Shown one piece after another: positions 52,046 to 64,000 of a DNA stretch of 64,000 nucleotides. The notes under the pieces are model-generated. The model ran no database searches and was not told where the DNA came from. It saw nothing but the letters and a program-made list of their open reading frames with translations. The position numbers and the translations under genes were made by a program. The stretch's first letter is position 1. Every line of letters starts with the position of its first letter. The DNA comes from Fimbriosthenelais zetlandica (taxonomy: Eukaryota): contig OZ365112.1 in the NCBI GenBank assembly GCA_977030845.1, positions 14,818,001 through 14,882,000 on the forward strand. Reading direction: 5' to 3'.

Positions 52046-52455
52046 TTCCCTGGCCATCTCCTGAATTTCCCGGCCCAAGTTCTCCCACCAAAAGCCGAGG
52101 AATAATTAATGGTTTCGGTCCCCTCAGCCGAGGGTAGGAGATGTATTATTTTTTAGTCTAAAGAGGGTAGGAGATGTTATATTTACTCGTCTAAAGACTG
52201 GAAAATAAGACATCTCTCTCCTGTCGGCCTTTCCCCGGCCATCTCCTGAATTCCCCGGCCCTTCCTCCCAGCAGAAGCCGAGGAATAACTAAAGGATTCG
52301 GTCCCCTCAGTCGAGGGTAGGAGGTGTATTATTTTTTAGTCTAAAGACTGGAAAATAGGACATCTCCTATTTCCTATCGGCCTTTCCCCGGCTGTCTCCT
52401 GACTTTGCCCGGCCCTTCCTCCAACCAAAAGCCGAGGAATATCTAATGGTTTTAT
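52046..52455. repeat. Tandem repeat, ~150-185 bp unit, ~2.4 copies, with internal hairpins
   Basis: Repeated blocks ggccatctcctgaatt.cccggccc, aagccgaggaata, ttcggtcccctcag.cgagggtaggag.tgt and gtctaaagactggaaaata. Confidence 0.92.
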
Positions 52456-52608
52456 GGTTTTGTTAGCATTCTTCCCTGTGAAAATGCTGAGAATCCCTCT
52501 ATGAGTTATGAGTTGGTTTAAGCCCGCCATTACTTAGAGTGGACCTTACTCCCACCTCTCTGCCCACTTCTGCCTCCAGGGAGTGTCACAAAAGGCGGGA
52601 TTTATTAC

Positions 52609-52625
52609 CGGACCAGAGGGCGCTA
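52609..52625 (+). promoter_or_regulatory. CTCF-like site
   Basis: ACCAGAGGGCGCTA matches the CTCF core ACCAGGGGGCGCTA at 13 of 14 positions. Confidence 0.45.
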
Positions 52626-54373
52626 CTACTATCAAGATGAGATCGAGGCTATAAGAGTGTGGCGCAGGGCCGCCAGGGGTAGTGGGAGAGCGAGGAACCG
52701 GCAAGAATCCTGACTCAGGGTCAGCACAATTTATCACTTCCCTTGTGTGGGTACATCCCAAGGGAAATATGAAGCAGGGTAAACGAGCAATGCAGAAGCG
52801 TTTGTTACCAATAAAATAAGGAACCTGGAATTGTGGGGGTACGTGGGATGAATTAATATACCTCTTGTGATACTTTCAGCATCTGATTAAAATCCTATTG
52901 GGCATAGACCTGTGCCAGTTTGGATAAAACTTAGCCTAAAGAGCCATTTAAGGTACACAATCAACACCTTCTCTATAAGATTGATCTTGCATGGCCCATT
53001 GCAGGAATTGAATTCCACCACACATTTTAAGAGGTTAATTATATAGACAAATTTTATGTTCCAGTGCCTTTGCCTCGGTCCCTCATTTGCCAACACTCAC
53101 TCACCGACCACCTGACACCGACTCACGCACACGTTTAATTGTGATAGAATCATTCTATGAGTGATCATTAGATCATTGATTGATGGGTTGGTAGAATGAT
53201 TAATGTCCCTTGTTTTGTTTGATTCCACACAAGAGGCCATATTGGGTGTGTAAAGCCCATATTCCGTGCAGAGTAGCGACATTGTCGCACGCAAAATCGC
53301 TACGACAGACCATGTCGCAATGTGTGGTATACCCGAAACTGACCTGCGGTTTATATAAATATTTTGGAATTTTGGACACAGTCTCGGATATGCTTCAACC
53401 TGATCTGAAGTATGTTTATGCTGCAACCAGACCTGAGGTATGATATGCTAATAATTCTCAGGGGAAATTGCCTATGCAACAATATGCAGTTGGTGACAAG
53501 CCTCAAGACGTTCCATTGGGGATTTCTAATGTTCATAGAAAAGTAGTATAGAGAAAATGGGACATTATAACGGGAAGAAAATCGTTCAAACCAGTCCAAT
53601 GCATCTCTAAGCGGATCAACTGGCTTGAAGTTCTTCCATCAAAAAAGGATTGCTCATATGAAATAGGCTTGCCAATGTCGATGAGAGGATTTTCCCCTAA
53701 GTCTTCATATTGGTGCACCTGCATGCAGTCCCTTGTGCCCAACTCGCCTGTGTCTGCCATCTGTCTCATTACTCCCAGCTCAGTCTTATGAGATGACCTT
53801 TGCCATTTTAAGGTTAGGAAGTCATTGTTCAAGGTTAGGTCACAGTAGAGAGAAATGGCTTTCTTTCTGTCTTAGATTGGTTGCAGGGTTTGTTATTTTT
53901 CGATGGAGAATAGCACATGATTAGGAAACACCGGGAAGCAAGTATGTACACTATACACTGATGTTCAAATCTATTGCATATTACATGTTTTATCCTTTAC
54001 AGTTTCTTCCTTTCATCAAGGGGACAAAGTTTTCAATGGATAATATAAGAATAAATCACTCTAAGTCTGAACTTTGTAAATATTTGTTGGAGAAATAATG
54101 CTGGCATATATTGCCGACAGTCTACAGAGTGAGAGATCAATGACCATAGCCATGCAATTAGTTTGGTTGGCATACATTGGTACCAGGGAGGGAGGGAATT
54201 ACACAATGCCCCCTCTCCATGGCAACCCCCTTCATTACAGTGAGGCAGAGGCTGACTGTGCATGCATGCTCATGATGTGTGTTTTGTCACTGCTGGGCGA
54301 GTCATGCAACCATTGATTGTCTGTCCGTGGGGGCCTAATCCCCCTGACCTCCAATATCCTTCCCTCGTCTCAC

Positions 54374-54830
54374 ACAGACTCCCCTTCAGCCATGTCTAAA
54401 AGCCTGGCACAGAACACACACCAGTCGGCGCAAGTGTTCGCACATTCGTGCCGGCACGCGAGAGGATGCTGAGTAGTCTATATACACCCAGCATCCAGCC
54501 CTGGAGGAACTCAAACCTGGTGTATCACGTGATCGGGCTTTGAGCGCGGGAATCCAGTCTCTAATAATCCTCATTCTTTCACTGTAATGTCGACTACCAG
54601 AGATTCACGTCACCAATCAATGTGGAGCTGTGTCAAAGAGACTCAAAAAAACTACACAGAAATCCGTCAACAACAGGAAGCATCACATAAAATCGTTACC
54701 ATGGCGACGACAAGAAGGAGCCTAATTTGAGAAGCGGTCGATTTAAGGGGTATTGATGGGCGTCGAATCAAAATGAGACTATTTATATTGCAGGAAAATA
54801 TCGGACGTTTCCGGAGATCATCGAAGCAGG
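54374..54830. promoter_or_regulatory. CpG-rich promoter-like region with RFX X-box and CCAAT box; candidate minus-strand first coding exon MAEGES(V) at 54374-54393
   Basis: GTTACCATGGCGAC 54695-54708 (X-box consensus), CCAAT 54613-54617, second X-box-like site 54213-54226; gacATGGCTGAAGGGGAGTCTGT|gtgaga on minus. Confidence 0.35.
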
Positions 54831-57800
54831 ATGTTGGCCACTGCCTTGTAACAGCTGGCATATTCTACATGTGTCAAATCTTCGATGCTATGTCATTTAT
54901 CTAGCGGTGCCTTTTGAGATCATTCAAAGAGACGCTACATTACTCGTGATTCACAAGCACTCAGCAAGGCTTCACGGCAGCACCTCTGAAATACAAGAAT
55001 CGTGCTACTACATCTGTCATCAATATCTCTGTTAGTGTTGCTGGGATGTGCACAAGAACCAGGCAGCAGCTGGGCTGTAATCCAAGTTTCTCATACAGGG
55101 AGATTGAGAAAGGGAAGCTTTCCTGTCCCGAGGACATATTGTCTCCTGTTTGCAGCGTGAACAGGTGGACAAGATAAGCGAAATCACCCTTGGGCTCTGG
55201 TAAGCCAATGGCAATGTAAGATTTAGGTCTGTGCCACATTAGGGACTTAATATAGTAAAAGAACATCCATTAGTCACAAGGAGCTTCATTAGAAAGACAG
55301 CGCAGGTTTCTGCAATAACTCCTTCAGGGAATCCACACTACAGTTCTTGAAAGAACTTCTTCTCCACTGCCAAAGCTATGAAATATAAGAAAGGATGCCA
55401 GCTATAATTTCCTGCAATGAGTGCTGAAATGTGAATCTTTTTATCTCCTGTTTCTGTCTTTCATACTTCGGAGCGTTGAAAGCTCTTTTAAGAAGTCTTC
55501 TCACTCTTCTCAAATTGTTCTGTATGTGGATGACAGAAAATTGAACAAACACCTGCGAATGTTGGGATTTTGTCACTCCAGACGCCTGGAATAACAGCGC
55601 TTAGATGCTTTATTTCATTTTGATTCTTTCAACCTCCGCTAGAGGAATCTTTCATGTCCGGATATAGGTACATGTGTTAACATCCGAGCACCCAGTCAGC
55701 AACACGTAACCCAGTCACGTATCTACCAGTCATCCCTCCCAGTATTTGAGGGCAAGCAGGGAGTTACATCTAATCACCAGAGGAACAACCCCTGTCAATA
55801 TTTTCTACATTGCACATTTTACGGTGGGCGAGCTTCTATATTTTAATACATACGCGGATCTTTTGCACCAAACCTACTTGTGAAAATGTCATCAAGAGAG
55901 ACAGAAATATTATTTCATCTTGAGGAAATCAGGGATTGCTATATATCTATTGACGATTGAACATCTTTACAATTGCTTTACCTCCTTAAATTGCCAAAAG
56001 GATTCTGTCGACAAATTTGTGCATCGGTTGCCTAGAGATGTGAAATTGTACTTTTCAAATCGGGTTGCTTTCCCTTGGAAGATTGGAGATATGAGCATTC
56101 TATTCAGAAAAGACTCCCTTACCGATGATTTTTTCGATAGATTAAACACCCTGTTTGCTTCTGCAGGATATGACAAGGCTTAGCTTCACTCGTGATTTTT
56201 CGTTCTGCCCAAGTCTAATCTCAAGGATGAGTAGCTTCTGCCACCTCGTTACCATTATGATATGGTGAGATCCATTAAGGATATTGAATTCCGAATCAGG
56301 TGAGTAACGACCCACTTGTGTAGATTTAACCTCCACACCCATTAATAATGTAGGAATATCCATACTGTAACAGGGCTATATGGAAGTGTTGAGATTTAGT
56401 CCATGCAGGTATATAAATTTACAGGTGTGATGCATTCAATACTTAAACTAAAGGTTTGTCTCTAGTCAAGCATTTTCTCTGTCTGAATCTTAATGAACAG
56501 AACAGTTGGTTTCGTCAATAGCTGGACTATTGTCACTATAATTGCAGTGCTGCTTTGATTTGCTCAAAGAGATCCTATTGGTGATGCCTCCACTATTACC
56601 ATTTTAAAATAGAAACTACTGAGGGACTTTTGTAAGCGGTGGACCAATTATACCCATACTGAATAAAATGATTTATATCAATGCCCTTCGGGGCTGATGG
56701 CCTTTCTTTTTCTCTTCCTGAACGCTTTCCTTTTAATTGCTGAGAGTTTGTTGCTTGGAGGAAGCCATTTTTTGTTTTCCCGTCTAGTAGTTTACTTTCA
56801 ATCATCGGGACTGGCTTTTCCTGGAGGCTTAGCACACAATCATTATTCTTTGGTCTATATATGGACGGCCCACATCCACCCCTGGTGCCATGCATGGGAT
56901 CTAGGTAGACGCATTGCTAACATGCCACTACCCCTAAAGTTTAGTGCAGAACGGCAATGCCGAATGAATGATTGAAGAAATACATGATAGCTAAATGCTA
57001 TATCCAACATGGGCGATTCAAAAAACATGCTTTCCACTTGGCTTACCGTAGTTGCGAGATGGAAGCAAGTCGTACTACCATTACTCTACTATTCGAGGAG
57101 GTTGTTCCAGCCTAACCTTTGCAAAAAGCCTACAAAACGGTCTCTAGATCCTGTAGATTATAGTCAGAGTCAACATGGAAACGTGATGCAATTATGAACT
57201 TCAGTTGGATAAATCTAAATTGACTACCAGGTTTTAGAATTGATCCATGGCTTATGAATGTCGCATTCAACACAGGGAGCCTAATTAAGAGTTGGTGCAG
57301 AGCCATGGAGTTGTTGCACGGGCCTTGCCTTCCTTTTCGCATCATTTTCCTTGCCTATCACTTTCTTTTTCGCTTTCTGTGGCGTCCCTGTGGTATTCAT
57401 TTCTCTCCATTGTACAAGGTGAATGTCTTTTATAACACATCTGGGGCTTTCTATAGACACTCTTGATTCACTCCTATATGTAATGAGCCTTGTGACATGA
57501 AGAGAGGGCAATTTGTTCCCTTTTAAAGGGGAACTGCTGATATTGTACATCATTGATGTTTCCCTCATTCCTGGGCTCCTGTTCCCCAGTCCTGTCTCAT
57601 TCTTCTAATGAATCAGACAAAAGGGGATTACTTCGGTTATCGAATCTGTCAGCACTAAACGACAATAGTTCCTTCGTTCCTACTTGCCTTGCTGCACATT
57701 CATCAAGGGAGTTGAGCCAGGCATGTAATGAATCAATGCAATCTCAACAGATACATTTATGTCTCGTGGATAATTAATTGATCTTCCTGTTACAAAGAGG

Positions 57801-60800
57801 GATATCCACCGTGATGCATCGACCGGTATGCTGATCATTCAAGCATTCTCCTATACCACCCCGTGGGGAGAAACATCAACTGAAGGGGAAGAGAAAGAGT
57901 GGGTCTGACCCATCCAACCATATGTAAGGTGCACTTCTCAGTGCCTCAATTGATATATTACATCTTAGACCTCCAGACAAACGATACATTTCAATATAGG
58001 CATATCTTACAACACTAATTAGTTTATGATTTGTAATCGTGTAAACGGTTGTGACGTGATGACATTAAATGTCTGAGTTGTACTTGATCAGCTCGAAAGG
58101 CATGAATCTTATCCATTTTATGCAATTTGGCAGTGTATGTTGTATCGACCAGTCGAGGTACAGAACAGCAGCAGCACAACCTGAGGTGCCGCTGGATGCC
58201 AAAGTATTCATTATTGTATTTCTGCAATCGATGACCTCCGAAATAGAACTGGCTCTGACATGAGGTGCAATTCCCAGCTCTAGAGACTGGTGATGGAGGC
58301 AAAGATGATGATGTGCATGAACAGTGATTGGCAGTGAGACCTTATATCCTCTTCGCTGGCCTCTTATCTCCCCCGAACTACAACCTTATATGGGTCATTC
58401 TATGAAATGTGTATCAATTGTTGAACTTAAACTGAAGTACAATAGATGTCCCTGTTATACCTGTCTAAAGCCTTGCCGGAATGCGGATTCCCCAAAGCCT
58501 GCCCCTGACCCACTTTTACTGTGTTTTGGAGGGACTGATGGCATATTGTGGCTTGCTCTCATGACATTTCCATTACACCGTCCATGTTCACTCATGATCC
58601 AGTCACTCCCGTCTCCCTCCCAGTTCACGTTCCCAGTCTTGGACTATTGGGGAGTTCTCATAGTTGAACCACGTGACTGTTCACGTGTTATTTACAAAAT
58701 GTGGCTCATGCTCATATAATCCATGCAAAGATATAGACTTGTTGGGAAATGTTGGGTTCAATTTTATTGATATCTCTGTAAGTAGTGGGTTGCCTTCTGT
58801 AATTGTGATTTGGTCAATATTTTCCCAACTAGCACCTGAATAATAAATCTCGATCGAAACTTAACTGCGCGAGGAATCTTTACCAATGGCATTTAGAATC
58901 AATTTAGTTATATTATACAGTTAAAATATCTCTATTTAAGTGCTGTCATACTACAGAAGACTGTAAATGTGTCATGTGCTTAGCATCAAATGGATGCTTG
59001 CAGGGTAATATGCCTATCATTTCCATAACATGACGATGATGATCATGTTCTATTAAATCCTTCCAGGTCTTGCAGGTCTCACTGGACACCGACGCCTGTT
59101 ATCATCCCTTATATGGATTTATTTTGATCGATAAAAAAAATGGGATACTGTGTGGGCGTGTAGATGTGCATGGGTGAATGGTTGGGCTGCACATAATATA
59201 GGCTGTGAATTGGAGAAGATACTACAAAGGTTGAGAATCGAAAATGGGAGTAAGGATGTAGATGGGGTGTTAGAATGATGGGCACCAGGGGGATATATGT
59301 CTGTATATGGGATATTGTCCCTCCAGGGTTACTTTTCTATCCAGGCAAACCTGGGATGAAGTATAGGCTGCCATCTTATGTTGGCTTGCTCTGACGTGGT
59401 TATATAATATTTACCGATTGGGAATTGTTGCCTGGTGATTTTGGTCCCATTGGTGCAATCTCTCACTCGCCGTATCTGTGAACTCCTATACTTTGATGGG
59501 ATTTCTAAGAACCTTATACAAACTCCTTGTATGTGTGACTTGTACGAAGGTTACCCCATAGGACACTCAACACGTTGGTGCACTTCCGGTACAATGCTGC
59601 AGGTGACTTAAGATGTCTGCGGCCTTCCTCAATCAAGTTTATGTATTGCTCCCTATAGCTGTTCTATGATTGATTCCACTGGATGAAACAGACCCAAGTG
59701 GGGTTTCAACAGTGGATTTTAGAAGGGAACGATGAGAAACAGCTACAACAAGTTTTACTTATACTTAATAATCCCATTGTGTTTCACACAAAGGTCGGTA
59801 GACTTTTTGACATGAAGCTTGTAGTCTTCATATCATGCAAGGAAGAAACTTCAGATTCCTGGATATCTGCCTATGGGCTTTTATCATGAATGGCACAGAG
59901 CCACAAGGGACAGGCGAGGACTCGTGTATTGCCTTAGAAGTGAAGACCTACACTATACATCAAAGGGTAGATATTTGTGACATACAGACTTCCTAGAACA
60001 TAGATCAAGTCCTATATGTAATCAGTACGTATAATAACCACCCTAGCACTATACAGGATATTATTTATGATACCAGTGATCAATATGATATGATTCCCTC
60101 TATAGCGAATGGTTCTACCCCTATATAAATACTTCCATATTCATAACCAGTGAGCAATAAGTAATCAAAAACTGGATATAAATGACAGCGAGTTTTTCTC
60201 TACCTCAATGACATGATAAACTATGATTTAATTACATAGATGTATCCTTAGGGTGAGCATAATGATAGCAAAATCGATTGTGCATCCACAAGTAGCTGTG
60301 CCTATTAATATGTACAGAAAGAAAGCAATTATAAAGCGATTTCAACAGTCATATATTCAGATCTATATTGGTCCCTGGAGGCTGTATGTTGTACTGGTGT
60401 CCTGGGATGCTAGGAAGTACTTGACTATTAACGTTCTAGCCAGTATCTAATCAATGCTGCCACATCTGGTTCTGATAAACTACATCGCCATGCAAGGGCC
60501 GTGTGCCATGCTCCAATGGCTGACTACATAATCTAATTCTGGTAGTCTGCCTGGGGGAAGTGGTTGGCAGAGTGATAATGAACAGATACTAGGATGGCTG
60601 ATGATTCATGGACATCAAAGTGCCCACTTACTCCGGTGAGATTTATGTTGGCTAATAAGCCGATTGCGCCTGTTTCGGTCTTATTGCCCTATAATATCAA
60701 CAGTGACAGTGCACATGCTTAATGCTCGATATTTAAATGAAAGACTTTTCTGAAAGCTTTATTTTGATGTATCCATCGCACCCTTCTTGGTTGAAATCAA

Positions 60801-63800
60801 ATTCGAAGGCGACATGTCACGAATTCGCAATATAATTTGTTTCCCCCTGTAAAAATCCATTACTCCTGTCCCTTGACGAATTTTATAGCAAAGCAATTTG
60901 ACTAGTTGTTCCTGTGTACAAGCAGTTAGCCTTTTAAGCCCTGGTAGCTTTTAAAGCTGTTGCTGCTCTAATCAACCCTACTTAAGCTGTAATGTATACC
61001 AAAAAAGGTTACACAGTTTTATCGCCATGTTTCAGCCCCACACGAAGTCCCAATTTACTGGAAGGACTTGCTTTCCTCGGAAAAGCAATGGAGAGTAATG
61101 AGTTGGGTCTCAAAGGCATGACCTTCCCAGCGCAATGATGAAGAGGATGCCGTTCATCTCGAAGGTTCGGACACTCGCGTTGTTTTTAGCGTAGATCTGC
61201 TCCACTAATCCCCCTACCATGGCGGTGGGATTAGTGCTAATCCCCAGGCTGTATGGAGGGTCTATATTTCATTATTGATGTAGAGCTGGTTAATCTTCTG
61301 AATCTAGCCTGGGTGAATCACTATGATTTAACGAAGAGATCTGCAGTGTTCGCGTAGGGGGCCCTGCCCTACATGGGTAAGCAGTTAACTGAGTGTGGCA
61401 GGTTTGTGTCCACAGGGAACGCTTGGAAACGGAGGCTGGCTTCAGCTCCCTGAGGTGTGCTTGGACTCCATCTTGGATGGTAGTGCACGCCATATGGGTG
61501 GGTAAGGTCATTTTCCTGCAGTCCATCAAGTTCCATACATATTAAAAATCCAGAACCATGCACTCAGCAGGTTCATGTATTCATATAACTAGGACTCAAA
61601 AATTACTGTTCAAGTTACAGTCCAATACTTTTGGGTCCATGGAGTTATACCTCTCGTTCTTAGACTTAGAGATGGCTGGACGATATGTTTGCGTTTAGCT
61701 CTTGCTTCTTTTCAACCATCCATCCATCAGTTCAACTTACCATACGATCAACTACCCATGGGTCAAGCAATTAACTTTTCCTCACCGATCCTCCATCCAA
61801 ACTGCTAGTCGTGCACGTTGTGGCATCACTTCCGGAACAATTATTCTTGTATTGATTTATTCCTCAGCCAGGAGGTGGCGTGACTCCCCAATAAGCATGC
61901 TTGACACTAGGGGAACTGAGGGTGAATGTACTTATTATCGCCCGGCCCCCAGCCTTATCAATGCTTTAACCCTCACCACGCTGGAGTGGAATGGGCTTTA
62001 AAGTGGTCTTCAGACAATTAAATGAAGTACCTCATGTCGATTAACATTCAAAGCATTGCATGTCAATAATTGGGTGGGACTTGATCACAAGAACTGCTAA
62101 TGCTTGTTATCTTCCTGTGGGCGATTAATCAAGATTTAAAGTTTCGTTAGAGTCAACGTATATGAGTGTGGGAGGTTAATGCAGGAATCAATACTTGTAG
62201 AGGGGCCACCACCCATTTCCTGTTCATGATAGACCTTGTTTCCATGGCAGACTACCTCTAAATACAGGCGATGCAGTAGCTGGTCACAAAATATTTATAG
62301 GAGGCAATAAACAAAGTTTTTTTCTTTCCCAAGATCATATAGCCTCATTCATCAATTCTGATTCAGGCATTCAGGACCATACATTGGAAGTACCTTATCA
62401 ATATGTGTTTAAGCGCTAGGCACTCCACAATCAAGGCCTAGTATACAATTAAGGATTCCTTCTATCAAAATTACGTATGATTCTTCATGGGAATGGAATA
62501 AGTTGAATGGTATACATAATATACGAAGCACACTTTTAAGGTAATTATTTATCACAGTCATACCAGTACATAGAGAGGTTAATCATTGTATAATGAAATA
62601 GTACAGATATTATTCAAGTTGGTAGGTATAATTGACTTAAATGCAATTAACAGATTTACTACTGTTCACAATGGAGGCCATCCTATATATGAAAGGGTTA
62701 CCACTGTAATAAGGAAAATGGAAAGTCTGTATTTTGTTCATCTTAAGAAAGGCTGACTCTCACTTTCATCCCCCTGTAGTAATTTCATGGAGCCATAGTT
62801 CTGAGAGCCCGTAAAATAAATCTCCCGTCCTGCCTGCCTCTCTCCAGCCAGACAGAGCAAAATTGAGATTCTGCTAGTGGCGAAACTTCCATAAACTAAC
62901 AAGCTCTCCACAGAACCTGTTACAAAGATTATGATCTCCTGGGGAACCTTATTAAGGAAATTCAATTATGCTGCGAGAGTTGCAGTGAATGTATACTGGC
63001 ATAAGCCAAGAGGAGGTGGCCACAATTGTGTCTTGACACTTCGACTGGTTATACAAGTCTTGAAGACTGGAGCCAGCTCAGTTCAGAGACAGTCGGCATC
63101 TTCCCTGCATACATGATTGTGGTCTTTGCTCGTTTGACACATTGAAATACAAATGTACAATATATTATACAAATGACTTTATAATGTGTGAACATCACTG
63201 TTCCTCATCCATTGCCATAATTACTGGCATATTGATATGACTATCAACGGTATTGACATGATTAAGGCACTGAAACAAGTTGATCTGCAGAATTCTGATC
63301 AGAAGTTCTTTCTAGGATGGTAGATCAACCAAGAATGTTCTAGGTCGGTACCAGAGGAAGTCACAATTATGCAGACTGAGCCGAAATTGTCTGAATTGGT
63401 CAAGAAATCAATATTACTTTGAGAACAGATTCAGTCATATCCTACAAAGGATTTTCTTAACATATCCAACGGCTTCTTGCCTGTTCCTCAGAAGCTGAGA
63501 GCCAGCAGGTGGAGTCTGCCCTGTGTTGACTATACTCTGGTCATGGTGATTGAAACAGTCAATAGCAGGTCACGTGAAAAGGAGGCTGACTAAATCAATA
63601 TTGACGGATGGCTTAGCTTCGCTGTGGCTGGTCACTGCTTTGGCGTCAGACGCAGAACAGGTGCATCTGAAGGGCAGTGGGCACAAGCCTGGGGCATCAA
63701 AGGGACTTCCACATGGGCGCTCAGATTCAAACTGACATCTAACCACAGATTGAATGTGGTAGATTTCTAACCCAATATAGGCCCTATCCAACATAACATG

Positions 63801-64000
63801 AGTTCTTCACAATGAGTTCTTCGTTATACATTTCGAGGTAACTGTGGTAAAGATCTTTCTATGGATAATGTGAAATCTGCTACCCTCAATATTGTTAAGA
63901 ATCTCAAAATAGTGGAAGGGCTACTGTACAAAGAAAGCTAAGTCTCTAAAGAAAAAGATGTCGATGTCTCTTGTTCATCTCTCTCCTTTCCATATGTTTA

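Noticed and set aside
52090-52135. Minus-strand CTGAGGGGACCGAAAC as a minimal hammerhead, and similarity to the HDV ribozyme P4 region
   Set aside because: A9 is G, there is no stem III/NUH site or complementary stem I arm, and no P1/P2/P3 pseudoknot could be built. Kept only as a reason to run Infernal.
52580-52660. KH-like GFITGPEGATTIK after a strong acceptor
   Set aside because: The frame stops within a few codons with no donor, and the same bases form the CTCF-like site

Overview
Eukaryotic genomic DNA, AT-rich (about 38-40% GC by eye) and intron-rich, with frequent 'taggccta' motifs. This suggests an invertebrate deuterostome such as an echinoderm, but that is inference only. The one gene I can firmly reconstruct is an AP1AR (Gadkin / gamma-BAR) orthologue on the minus strand. 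It has 10 coding exons from 43353 down to 5527, all bounded by GT-AG and phase-consistent, giving 861 nt = 286 aa + stop. It includes 21-nt and 26-nt micro-exons flanking a 19.6-kb intron. Its introns hold a CpG-rich internal promoter-like site with an in-frame alternative first exon, and two candidate alternative 3' exons. Upstream of AP1AR are a probable divergent plus-strand promoter (~45.4-45.7 kb) and a 46-52.5 kb block of minisatellites, hairpins, inverted repeats and CTCF-like sites that looks like a decayed mobile element. Further promoter-like sites lie near 54.6 kb and 61.8 kb, but I could not identify their genes. Most 60-150 aa ORFs in the supplied track look like chance or repeat-derived ORFs. 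I found no rRNA, tRNA, CRISPR array, intact transposase/RT or viral gene. I cannot support a clearly novel biological system; the best leads are the alternative AP1AR isoforms and the structured repeat block.
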